Of a stretch of 62,625 nt of DNA, positions 39,459-48,566 are shown in pieces (position 1 is the first letter of the stretch; each line of letters begins with the position of its first letter). The DNA comes from a virus. Its lineage: Duplodnaviria > Caudoviricetes. Under the pieces are notes generated by a model. It searched no databases. It worked only from the letters and a program-made list of their open reading frames with translations, and was not told the DNA's origin. The stretch lies in the IMG/VR virus record IMGVR_UViG_3300042475_004015, positions 1 to 62,625 of that record; one strand, written 5' to 3'. The translations under genes were made by a program, and so were the position numbers.

Positions 39459-39787
39459 TTAGCTTCCTGCTTTATAGCCTTGAGCAGGGGGCTGTTGAGT
39501 CTAAAATAATTAAGGCTGCATTAAGCTGTGGTCACCCTATACCCCAAAAAATACAGAATGCTCCCACACTTACTGAAGGTCTATACTTTTACTACCTAGC
39601 TTTTATTGATCTACACACCTGTAGGTCTTTTAATGGTTTTGATGAGGGTCCTATTCCCTGGCACTACGTCGACCAATATGCCGTTAGGCATAACTTTTCA
39701 GATGACGAATATCAGGAATTATGGTATTTTATAAAGGAGATGGATCGAGCCTATCTAAGTTTTAATAGAGCTAGGAAAACCAAATAA
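39449..39787 (+). CDS. Tail assembly chaperone -1 frameshift extension (GT), not in ORF track
   Basis: Open -1 frame KKLISFLLYSLEQG...AFIDLHTCR...GPIPW...EMDRAYL, ending at TAATG overlap with next gene. Confidence 0.82.
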   Translation, partial: KKLISFLLYSLEQGAVESKIIKAALSCGHPIPQKIQNAPTLTEGLYFYYLAFIDLHTCRSFNGFDEGPIPWHYVDQYAVRHNFSDDEYQELWYFIKEMDRAYLSFNRARKTK

Positions 39788-40221
39788 TGGCAAAAGCTAA
39801 TGAGTTCATCCGTAGAATAAATCTTAAGGCTTCAAAGATACCTGAGAATGCTAATAAGATAAAACGTAAAGCTGCATTAGCTATAGACCAAACTGTGGTA
39901 CTAGCTACACCTGTGGACACTGGCCGTGCTAGGTCTAACTGGTTAGTACAACTTAATTCCCCAGAGACTTCGCCCATAGAACCCTATTCACCTGGTAAAA
40001 AATTGGGTAAAAGTGATAGCGCTAATGCTTCTGCTGCCATAGCACAAGGCTTATCCGTTATTGCCCAGGCTAAACCCGGTGATACTATCTATATATCAAA
40101 TAACCTAGACTATATTGCTAAATTGAATGCCGGGTCCTCTCAACAGGCACCCTCTATGTTCGTAGAAAAGTCAATCGATGCAGCTATTCAAGCTATCTCC
40201 GGTGAAAGGTTATTAAAATGA
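39787..40221 (+). CDS. HK97 gp10-like neck/tail completion protein
   Basis: TPVDTGRARSNW, IYISNNLDYI..LN.GSSQQAP. Confidence 0.85.
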   Translation: MAKANEFIRRINLKASKIPENANKIKRKAALAIDQTVVLATPVDTGRARSNWLVQLNSPETSPIEPYSPGKKLGKSDSANASAAIAQGLSVIAQAKPGDTIYISNNLDYIAKLNAGSSQQAPSMFVEKSIDAAIQAISGERLLK

Positions 40222-42917
40222 CCACAGAGAGATTTGATATTACGGTTAGAGAAGATGGCTCTAAGGAAGTTGATAGAAAAATAAGAAAAATTGGTACTGG
40301 TGCTAAGGAAACTGAAAGCGCAGTAGCCAAACTTAATACATTACTTAAAAGCCTTATAGGTGTTGGTATAATAGAAAGGTTAAGGCAATATGCGGATACT
40401 TATACTAACCTACAAAACCGTTTAAAATTGGTTACAAATAGTACAGCTCAACTGTCTGTAGTTCAACAAAAACTGTTTGACATATCACAGAAAACCAGAT
40501 CCTCGTTACCAGCTAACGTTGAGCTATTTACTAGACTGTCTTTTGCAACAAAAGAGTTAGGCACTTCACAGGCTGAGCTGTTAACCTTAACAGAAAGAAT
40601 TAACAAGGCTATCGTTATTTCAGGGGCTAATACTCAAGAAGCCCAAAACGCCCTTATTCAGTTTGCTCAGGGTTTATCATCTGGTGCACTTCAAGGTGAA
40701 GAGCTTAGATCAGTTTTAGAGCAATTACCTAGAGTAGCTGATGTTATTGCTAAACAGTTTGGTGTGCTTAATCCAGATATAGAAGTTACAAGGGCAGCTT
40801 TAAAAGAGCTTGGTAAACAAGGCAAGATTACCCCAGAGGTAATCCTAACTGCCTTTAGAAACTTTGGTGGCACATTAGATCAAGAGTTTGGTTTAACTAC
40901 AGCCACAATCGGTCAAGCATTTTTAAAACTTAACAACTCTATACTTAAGAGCTTTGGTGAACTGGATGCTAAATTGGGTATCTCGAGTACCATAGTTGCT
41001 GGTGTAGATTTTTTAAGAGAAAATCTTGAACTACTTGGCCGTGTAGCGATAGCAACAGGTATAGCCTTTGCAGTAGGTTTAGTAGCTAAAGGTATAAATA
41101 AAGCAATAACTGGCCTCAAAGATTTAGCTGCCTATATCCTTAAAAACCCCTTCACCTTTTTGGCACAGTCACTTACTGTAGTGATTAGTCTATTAACAGC
41201 TTTCTCTGACAGGATTACTATTAGTAAAGATGGCTTAGTAACATTAGAGGATTTTGGAAAAGCTGCTTTTGATGTGCTTATTAATGGCGGTACTAATGCT
41301 GCTAAAGCTACTGATACTTCTACTAATGCAATTAATAACTTAGCTATAGATGGTCAAACTGCTTTTGATGCTATAACTAAAGGTATTATTAACGTGATTG
41401 CTGCCTTGGCTAATGCGGGAGACTCAGCTGAAATCTTTTATCAAACCTTAGTATTAGGTTATAGAGAAATAATTATAAGCTTTAGTAATTTACCCCAAGA
41501 TTTTAGTATTATCTTTGCTAAAGCCCTTAATGGTGCTATACAAATTGTAGAAGATGGTGTAAATAAGATAACAAAATCACTAAGCTCAGTAACTGAGTTT
41601 GTTGGTGCTGGCCGTATAAGCGATGTAGCACTAGGTCGCTTAAATGAGAACTTTCCTAAGACTGACCCAAAGACTGACCCAGAGGTTATTGAGGCTACTA
41701 ATAGAATAAAAGAGTTAGAGGCTAGCAGAGATGCTAGAGTAGCTAATCTTACTAAGTTGCTTGAGAGTATAAAGAGTGCAGCTAAGGAGATTAGTGATAA
41801 ACGTATTGCTGATAAAGCAAAAGCTGATGCTGAAGAAGCTGCAGCACTTAAAGCCTTAGAAGAAGCTTCTGATAAAGCTAGTAAACTAGCTGCTGCAAGC
41901 GATAGTTCAGGTAGTGGAAAAGGTGCAGCTAATGATAATCAAAAAATTAGCTTAAAGGAGATTTTAAGTGACCTAGAGCAACAAGGTAAGTTGCTACAGT
42001 TAAACAACCGGGAACGTGAAATCCAAAACCAGTTAATTGGTATAGAGAATGAGTTTAAGCGTGAAGGTATACCGCTTAATCAGGCTGAGAAAGATTTACT
42101 TGAAAGCCGTCTTAGTAACCTACAGGCTTTAAACGATCAAGCTCAGATTTATGATCAGATTAAAGGTCCTTTGATCGAGAATCAAAGAAGTCAAGAGGCT
42201 TTAAATGCCCTATATGAACAGGGTAAGATTTCTATAGATGAGTATAACCAGGCACTTAATAACCTTCAAACACAAGCACTAGAAACTGATAGAACCTTAG
42301 AAGGTGGTCTATCAAGAGGGCTGGGCAGGGTAGCAGAAGAGTTTGGTAATGTATCCACTGTAGCTGAAGACCTTGTAGTAAACGCTTTTGGTAAAGCTGA
42401 AGACGCCCTAGTTGACTTTGTAGAAACAGGTAAGCTTAGCTTCAAAGATTTAGTAAACAGTATTCAGGCGGACCTTACCAGGCTTGCTGTACGTCAACTT
42501 GTAACTGCACCTCTCGCTGGTTTATTAGGTGGTGCTAGTGGTGGTCTTAGCGGCTTATTTGGAGGGGCTGCTGGTGGTGCTAGTGGTACATCGCCACTTA
42601 CCGCTTCTTCACCTGCTGGTAATGTAAGCTATAGTCCAGCTGGTAGTTCAGGAGGCTTTTTCTCCGATTTGTTTGGCTTTGCTAACGGCGGTCAGTTTCA
42701 AGTAGGTGGCCAAGGCGGTACAGATAGCCAATTAGTAGCCTTTAGAGCTAGTCCTAATGAGACAGTAACAGTTAATAAACCAGGCCAGTCTCAGGGTGGT
42801 GGAAACATCGTCATAAACATACAGACACAGGATGTAGCTTCTTTTAAAAGATCTGAGGGTCAGATATTGGGTCAGTTTGCTCAAAACCTATCAAGACAAA
42901 AGAAGAGAATGACCTAA
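40218..42917 (+). CDS. Tape measure protein
   Basis: Tape_meas motif QFAQGLSSGALQGEELRSVLEQ; helical; FANGG C-terminal motif. Confidence 0.95.
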   Translation: MTTERFDITVREDGSKEVDRKIRKIGTGAKETESAVAKLNTLLKSLIGVGIIERLRQYADTYTNLQNRLKLVTNSTAQLSVVQQKLFDISQKTRSSLPANVELFTRLSFATKELGTSQAELLTLTERINKAIVISGANTQEAQNALIQFAQGLSSGALQGEELRSVLEQLPRVADVIAKQFGVLNPDIEVTRAALKELGKQGKITPEVILTAFRNFGGTLDQEFGLTTATIGQAFLKLNNSILKSFGELDAKLGISSTIVAGVDFLRENLELLGRVAIATGIAFAVGLVAKGINKAITGLKDLAAYILKNPFTFLAQSLTVVISLLTAFSDRITISKDGLVTLEDFGKAAFDVLINGGTNAAKATDTSTNAINNLAIDGQTAFDAITKGIINVIAALANAGDSAEIFYQTLVLGYREIIISFSNLPQDFSIIFAKALNGAIQIVEDGVNKITKSLSSVTEFVGAGRISDVALGRLNENFPKTDPKTDPEVIEATNRIKELEASRDARVANLTKLLESIKSAAKEISDKRIADKAKADAEEAAALKALEEASDKASKLAAASDSSGSGKGAANDNQKISLKEILSDLEQQGKLLQLNNREREIQNQLIGIENEFKREGIPLNQAEKDLLESRLSNLQALNDQAQIYDQIKGPLIENQRSQEALNALYEQGKISIDEYNQALNNLQTQALETDRTLEGGLSRGLGRVAEEFGNVSTVAEDLVVNAFGKAEDALVDFVETGKLSFKDLVNSIQADLTRLAVRQLVTAPLAGLLGGASGGLSGLFGGAAGGASGTSPLTASSPAGNVSYSPAGSSGGFFSDLFGFANGGQFQVGGQGGTDSQLVAFRASPNETVTVNKPGQSQGGGNIVINIQTQDVASFKRSEGQILGQFAQNLSRQKKRMT

Positions 42918-43516
42918 TGGCTTTTCATGACATAAGATTTCCTGAAGACCTTAGCTACGGTGCTCAGGGTGGACCTGAGTTTAATACTACTGTAGTAATC
43001 ATGAAGTCAGGTCAAGAAAGTAGGAATCAAAACTGGCTAGAGTCTAGGGTAAGGTGGGATGTTAGCACCGCTATTAAAGATAAAGGGGATGCTGAAATAC
43101 TTATAGCTTTCTTTAGACTTAGAAAAGGTAGATTCCATGCTTTTAGGTTCAAAGACCACTTGGACTATATTGCTACTCTACAACCCATTGGTACTGGTAC
43201 AGGGGCCCTAACCACCTTTCAGCTATCAAAAACATACAATGATGGTTTGATCTCGACAAACAGGGTTATAACAAGGCCTGTAGATAATACTACTAAAATC
43301 TATTTTAATGGTGTTCAACAGACGACCGGCTGGACTGTTAATATCACTACAGGTGTAGTAACTTTTTCGGTCGCCCCTGGTGCTGGTGTAGCTATAACAG
43401 CTTCTTTCGAGTTTGACATACCAGCACGTTTTGATATAGATCAACTTAGGGTTACTATACAAGGTTATGATGCTTTTATAGCTGACTCTGTAAATATCGT
43501 GGAGATAAGAGAATGA
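42917..43516 (+). CDS. Distal tail protein DUF2460 (RcGTA g12-like)
   Basis: FHDIRFP, GGPEFNT, FRFKD, FEFDIPARFD. Confidence 0.92.
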   Translation: MAFHDIRFPEDLSYGAQGGPEFNTTVVIMKSGQESRNQNWLESRVRWDVSTAIKDKGDAEILIAFFRLRKGRFHAFRFKDHLDYIATLQPIGTGTGALTTFQLSKTYNDGLISTNRVITRPVDNTTKIYFNGVQQTTGWTVNITTGVVTFSVAPGAGVAITASFEFDIPARFDIDQLRVTIQGYDAFIADSVNIVEIRE

Positions 43517-44376
43517 CACTAAGTATACCCTTATCTATACAAGCTACCTTAGATAGCGGATCTACTAGCCTTTGCACGCTTATACTTATTATCAGAGAGG
43601 ATACTCAAGAGTTTGCCTTCACTGATTTAGATAGGGATGTAGTTTTTAGTGGTAAGACCTATAAAAGTAAAGGCGGGTTTAATGCCTCATCAGTACAATC
43701 CACATCAGGATTATCTGTAGATAACATGGACTTTGACGCAGTTATCGACGACGTAAGCATCACTCAAGATGACCTTAAGCGAGGCCTATTTAATAATGCA
43801 AAGGTGTTTGTATATCTTGTAGACTATAATAACCTAGGTAGTGGTGACAAGGTTATTTTAAGACAAGGTACGCTTGGTGATGTAACAGTTAAAGATAACG
43901 GCTCTTATTATGCTGAAGTAAGGGGTTTAAGTAACAGACTACAAACCCGTATAGGCTTAGTTTATACACCTCTGTGCAATGCCCGACAACTTGGGGATGC
44001 TCGTTGTAAGAAGTCGTTAACGGGTTTAAGTTTTGTGACATCAGTACTAGCAGTTACAAATAACCGCACCTTTACTCACAATACCTCAGTACAGGGTACT
44101 GGTTTTTTTGACTACGGAATTATAGAATGGCTTGCTGGTTCGTCTAATAACGGTGCAAAAATAGAGATTAAAAGCTACACAGTATCAGGAGGTGTTGGGA
44201 CGTTTGTACTACAGTTGCCTATGCCCAAAAACATTATAACCGGTAATAGTTTTAGAGCTATAGCCGGGTGTGATCGTAAGTTGCAGACTTGTAGGGATAG
44301 GTTTAATAATGTGGTTAATTTTAGAGGCTTCCCTAGTTTACCTGGACTCGATGAGATGTTAAAGTCTGGATCATGA
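43513..44376 (+). CDS. Baseplate hub DUF2163/BR0599 (RcGTA g13-like)
   Basis: FTDLDRD, GLSVDN, LGDARC, AGCDRKLQTCRDRFNNVVNFRGFP. Confidence 0.92.
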   Translation: MTLSIPLSIQATLDSGSTSLCTLILIIREDTQEFAFTDLDRDVVFSGKTYKSKGGFNASSVQSTSGLSVDNMDFDAVIDDVSITQDDLKRGLFNNAKVFVYLVDYNNLGSGDKVILRQGTLGDVTVKDNGSYYAEVRGLSNRLQTRIGLVYTPLCNARQLGDARCKKSLTGLSFVTSVLAVTNNRTFTHNTSVQGTGFFDYGIIEWLAGSSNNGAKIEIKSYTVSGGVGTFVLQLPMPKNIITGNSFRAIAGCDRKLQTCRDRFNNVVNFRGFPSLPGLDEMLKSGS

Positions 44377-44810
44377 TATACTCAACCGACATTGTTAAAG
44401 TTGCAAGAGAATGGATTGGTACACCTTATCATCACCAAGCTGCACTTAAAGGTATAGGCTGTGACTGCATAGGGTTACTTATAGGTGTCTGGAGGGAAAT
44501 TATTGGTAACCTGCCTGTAGAGCCGCCTGTCTACTCACCTCAATGGCACTTACACCAAAAAGAGAGCCAGTTAATCTCTGTATTAGAAAATTCTTATGGC
44601 TTTAAACGTATAAACTGTAGTAATCCACCCAGTGGTTCAGTTTTATGTATGGGTCTTAGAAAGGGGCCAGCCCACCATGCTGGTATAGCTACCGGTGATA
44701 ATACTTTTATACACTCCTTTATGACCGCCAAAAAAGTTGTAGAGGTTACTTTAGATAATGATTGGAGAAGTAGAACACACGCCGTGTTAGTATACCCGGG
44801 GGTAATCTAA
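44373..44810 (+). CDS. NlpC/P60 tail peptidase (RcGTA g14-like)
   Basis: AREWIGTPYHHQA..KGIGCDCIGL, HAGI, FIHS. Confidence 0.92.
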   Translation: MIYSTDIVKVAREWIGTPYHHQAALKGIGCDCIGLLIGVWREIIGNLPVEPPVYSPQWHLHQKESQLISVLENSYGFKRINCSNPPSGSVLCMGLRKGPAHHAGIATGDNTFIHSFMTAKKVVEVTLDNDWRSRTHAVLVYPGVI

Positions 44811-45436
44811 TGGCTCAATTAGGTATAGGGTTAGCTGGTAGTGCAGTTGGTGCTTTTTTTGGTGGCCCAGTTGGAGCAAGAATAGGGTTTGCAGCTGGTT
44901 CACTATTAGGGGGTATATTATTTCCAGGAGATGGCCCGCCTGATCAGGTTAATGAAGGTCCAAGAATTAGTGATACACGAGTACAGACTAGTGCCTATGG
45001 TCAATATATGTTAAAGCCGTATGGTACTGTAAGATTAGCTGGTAACCTAATATGGGCTAGCCCTATCAGGGAAGTAATACAAGAGTCTAACCAAGATGTA
45101 GGCGGTAAAGGCGGGGGAGGTGCAACTTTAACTACAAGAACCTATCTTTATTATAGGTCTTTTGCTATAGGGGTATGTTTAGGCCCAATAACCTCTTACA
45201 AAAAGATATGGGGTAATACAGAGCTTATTTATGATTCGACTACTGGTAACTCATCCTATGCTAATACTCGGTATTTAGGTAATGAGACTCAAATGCCAGA
45301 CTCGATTATACAATCCTTTGGCGATCCTAGTTATATCCCAGCTTATAGGGGTTTAGCTTATGTAGTTTTTAATGATATGCTTCTCTCTAACTTCGGTAAT
45401 TCTATACCATCACTTAGTTTTGAGGTAGAGGTATAA
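44810..45436 (+). CDS. Megatron/host-specificity N-terminal module, copy 1 (stand-alone)
   Basis: EGPR, YG..RLAGNLIWA, GGKGGGG, PAYRGLAYVVF, FGN.IPSLSFEV. Confidence 0.85.
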   Translation: MAQLGIGLAGSAVGAFFGGPVGARIGFAAGSLLGGILFPGDGPPDQVNEGPRISDTRVQTSAYGQYMLKPYGTVRLAGNLIWASPIREVIQESNQDVGGKGGGGATLTTRTYLYYRSFAIGVCLGPITSYKKIWGNTELIYDSTTGNSSYANTRYLGNETQMPDSIIQSFGDPSYIPAYRGLAYVVFNDMLLSNFGNSIPSLSFEVEV

Positions 45437-47176
45437 ATGGCTATACTTGCAATAGGTATCGTTGGCGCTGGTATTGGCTCTAGTGTAGGCATGACCGCAC
45501 TTGGGTTTGGTTTAGGCACAGCTATTGGCTCACTTTTATTTCCCGGTAATGAGCCTAACTCTGCTAAACCAGAGGACGGTAAGTTAAGAATAACCGACAA
45601 TGTTTTACAGACCAGTTCTTACGGAGCCTATATGGCTGTAGGGTATGGCTTATATAAAGTGTCAGGTAATGTTATATGGGCTACTCCGATTGAAGAAGTT
45701 ACAGAAGAAACGACAAACTCTACATTAAGTTCAGGCAAGGGTATCGGCGGTGATGGTGATACTAGGGCCCCAATAATCTCTGCAAGAACTTTTTTTAGAT
45801 CAAGTATAGCGGTAGCTTTTGCTGAGGTTCCGCAACATAGACTCGAACCCGTAGTTTATAACACTACTCAGGAAAGCCAAGAAGATGGTGATATGGTGAA
45901 TATCACAGAAAGAAAAAGCTTTGTTGGTATTAGAAGGTTATGGCTTAATAATTATTTGGTAAGAGATGGGCGCTCGAGTCAGTTTGAGCCACCCAGTATA
46001 CTTAACGTTGAGGAGTATTTAGGTGATGAGAGTCAAGTACCAAGCCCTATAATTCAATCTTTTGATGGGGTAAATAACGTACCTGCTTATCGAGGTGCAT
46101 GTTATGTAGTAATACCAAACTTAGATTTAACCCCGTTTGGAAATACGCTACCTTCAGCTAGTGCTGAACTTTATGAAAGAGCTGATAGGATAGATGACCT
46201 AGAGGAAGGCGTAGAGGGGCTTGCTTTAAGTCCAGATGAGAAATACCTTTGGGTTACTAGTCATACTAAAAGAGTTGTTCAAAAAGTTGATACAAAAACT
46301 CTTGAGGTTGTTGCTCGTATTGGAAGAGACACTCAAGACCCAAATGAATATCTTGGGCTTTTACCTGCTCATCCTTGGAGATGTGCAACAAGCCTAGATG
46401 GTGCCTATGTTTGGGTTGTTCACAAAGGCGCAAAAAAGCTTACTAGAATCACAGTATCAGATAATACTTGGGTTAGTTATGATGTGGATAAAAAGTATGC
46501 TACAGACGTAGCAGTTGATGGTAGTGGTAATGTTTGGGTAACTTATCCTTTTTATGATAAGGTAACAAAATACAATTCTAGTGGTGTTAAACAACTAGAT
46601 ATAACTATATATAGTGCACCCTGGTGCATTGGATATGACCGTGAGTATAACTATCTTTGGGTAAGTACTAATAAGTCTGTTGATAGAATTAACCCTATTG
46701 ATAATACTACTTTTTCACTAAATCTTGGAGGAAATTCTACTTTAAGTAGTGGACCAGATCGAGGTCGATATTTTCATAGTGATCAGGCTTTTGTAAGAAG
46801 AAATAGTGATATGTGGGTTGCAACAACTGGTAATGATGTTGCAACTATAATAAATAGAACAGGTTTCCTTCCTTCGTATGACCCTTCATATAGAAGAACA
46901 AGGAATGTACCAACTTATCCAACAGGTGCTGATTGTAATTATAATGATATTCCTGATTTTATCCCTAATGTTCCCAATGATCCCACCCGTGGATATGGAA
47001 CAATTTACATAAGTGGCTTTGCTGGAAATAGGTTACGGGCGTTTAGTTATCAAGCAAGAGGTCATTTAAATGCAGGAACGATAGCTTTTCCTGGACAATG
47101 TGTTGCAATGCCGGATGGAAAGTGTTTTGTTACCAACACAAGACTTGGAATTGTTCAGCGAATAGATACGAGGTAA
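45437..47176 (+). CDS. Megatron N-terminal module copy 2 fused to a beta-propeller
   Basis: YG..KVSGNVIWA, PAYRGACYVV, FGNTLP; then GLALSPDEKYLWVT and DVAVDGSGNVWVT blades. Confidence 0.8.
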   Translation: MAILAIGIVGAGIGSSVGMTALGFGLGTAIGSLLFPGNEPNSAKPEDGKLRITDNVLQTSSYGAYMAVGYGLYKVSGNVIWATPIEEVTEETTNSTLSSGKGIGGDGDTRAPIISARTFFRSSIAVAFAEVPQHRLEPVVYNTTQESQEDGDMVNITERKSFVGIRRLWLNNYLVRDGRSSQFEPPSILNVEEYLGDESQVPSPIIQSFDGVNNVPAYRGACYVVIPNLDLTPFGNTLPSASAELYERADRIDDLEEGVEGLALSPDEKYLWVTSHTKRVVQKVDTKTLEVVARIGRDTQDPNEYLGLLPAHPWRCATSLDGAYVWVVHKGAKKLTRITVSDNTWVSYDVDKKYATDVAVDGSGNVWVTYPFYDKVTKYNSSGVKQLDITIYSAPWCIGYDREYNYLWVSTNKSVDRINPIDNTTFSLNLGGNSTLSSGPDRGRYFHSDQAFVRRNSDMWVATTGNDVATIINRTGFLPSYDPSYRRTRNVPTYPTGADCNYNDIPDFIPNVPNDPTRGYGTIYISGFAGNRLRAFSYQARGHLNAGTIAFPGQCVAMPDGKCFVTNTRLGIVQRIDTR

Positions 47177-47177
47177 T

Positions 47178-48566
47178 ATGGCTGGTGTTGCAGAAGCTTA
47201 TTTTGGTTTAGAAGAGGATCAACCAATTCCTAGTCTTGATAGGGCAACGCTGTTCATAGAAGACAATGATGAGCTGTTAAACTTCTATGATACCCAAAGA
47301 AAGAGGGTGCAAAAGTTCGCTGATAGCTATCTACAGGATGCGGCCAACCCTGTAGTTACAATGATCTCAGCAGGGTCTACTACACTCACCCCTGAGGTAG
47401 CTAAAACCCGGTTAGGTTTTCAAGATTTTAGACGTATGCAAGTGTTAGTTCAGGGTTGGAAAACCTTTAACAATACTGACTATCGAGATCATGCAATGCA
47501 GATGATTCTAGATTGGGCTGATACTAATATACCTAATGGTCACCCGATTAACCAGACCCATCTAGAGGGATTGCATTATGCTCTTAAAGACTTAGCCCCT
47601 AACGGTACACCCGGACAATTTACTACCACTGATTATAATACTAGGGTTAAACCATGGCTACAGGCTATTCGCGATGCTACAGTAGCTTGGGCTTTTCCGC
47701 CGGAGCCAGGCGGGGGCACACTTTTATATGGGAATCACTATACTCACCATTATATGCAACTGTATATGTGTTATTTATCTTTGGGCGATACCACATCCGC
47801 CTCTAATTTATTAACCGCTGTAGATACACATGCTACACAAAACTTCCCCTTCGGCAATGCGGCAATAACCTACCCTCAAGTTTTTGCAGTAACTGCACTT
47901 AATCAAGGGAGTAAGTGGTATGAGATAACAGGGGATTTTACCACTCGGTTTTTAACAGGTGTAACCTTTAATATAGTTAGCTCTACAGGTAATAATGGTT
48001 TATATACTTGCTCAGCTAACTCTACCTTAGTTTTAGGAAGGACACGGATCACCGTTGTAGAGTCAATACCTTCAGCTGTAGCAAATGGTTCTGTAAGTGA
48101 GGTTTTTCAAACACCTCCCCACCAGATGCCCCGTGCTGCAACCAATGTCGGTGAAAGTATAGATTTTATTCGGCGGGATTCTTTTCATTATCATACCTAT
48201 GATATGCAGCCATGGTTAACCTTGGCTATAGCAGAGGGAACAAACCGCTATCAAACCAAGATGACTCAGGCATGGGACTGGTGGTGGGATAAGGTTCTTG
48301 ATGTTAATGATTTACACACAGAATTTACAAACAGCTCTGATGATTTTGACCAACTCCGGTGGGAGGGATCTCGGTCCGAGTATCTTCAGCCAGGGACCTT
48401 TTGGATGCCGGATGAAGCAGCAAGAACTATTTGCCTTTATTATCAATATCAATTAACATTAAATCCAAGCTATCCTATCAATGACGCTATACTTGCAATG
48501 GCCTTACGAAGTGATAGAATCTCTACTGAATGGGCATACTGGTTCCGGTTTACGTTAGGTGTTTGA
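47178..48566 (+). CDS. Alginate-lyase-like (alpha/alpha toroid) polysaccharide lyase
   Basis: ILDWA...P.GHPINQT, GNHYTH, GESIDF.RRDSFHYHTYD.QP resemble the bacterial Alginate_lyase family. Confidence 0.65.
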   Translation: MAGVAEAYFGLEEDQPIPSLDRATLFIEDNDELLNFYDTQRKRVQKFADSYLQDAANPVVTMISAGSTTLTPEVAKTRLGFQDFRRMQVLVQGWKTFNNTDYRDHAMQMILDWADTNIPNGHPINQTHLEGLHYALKDLAPNGTPGQFTTTDYNTRVKPWLQAIRDATVAWAFPPEPGGGTLLYGNHYTHHYMQLYMCYLSLGDTTSASNLLTAVDTHATQNFPFGNAAITYPQVFAVTALNQGSKWYEITGDFTTRFLTGVTFNIVSSTGNNGLYTCSANSTLVLGRTRITVVESIPSAVANGSVSEVFQTPPHQMPRAATNVGESIDFIRRDSFHYHTYDMQPWLTLAIAEGTNRYQTKMTQAWDWWWDKVLDVNDLHTEFTNSSDDFDQLRWEGSRSEYLQPGTFWMPDEAARTICLYYQYQLTLNPSYPINDAILAMALRSDRISTEWAYWFRFTLGV

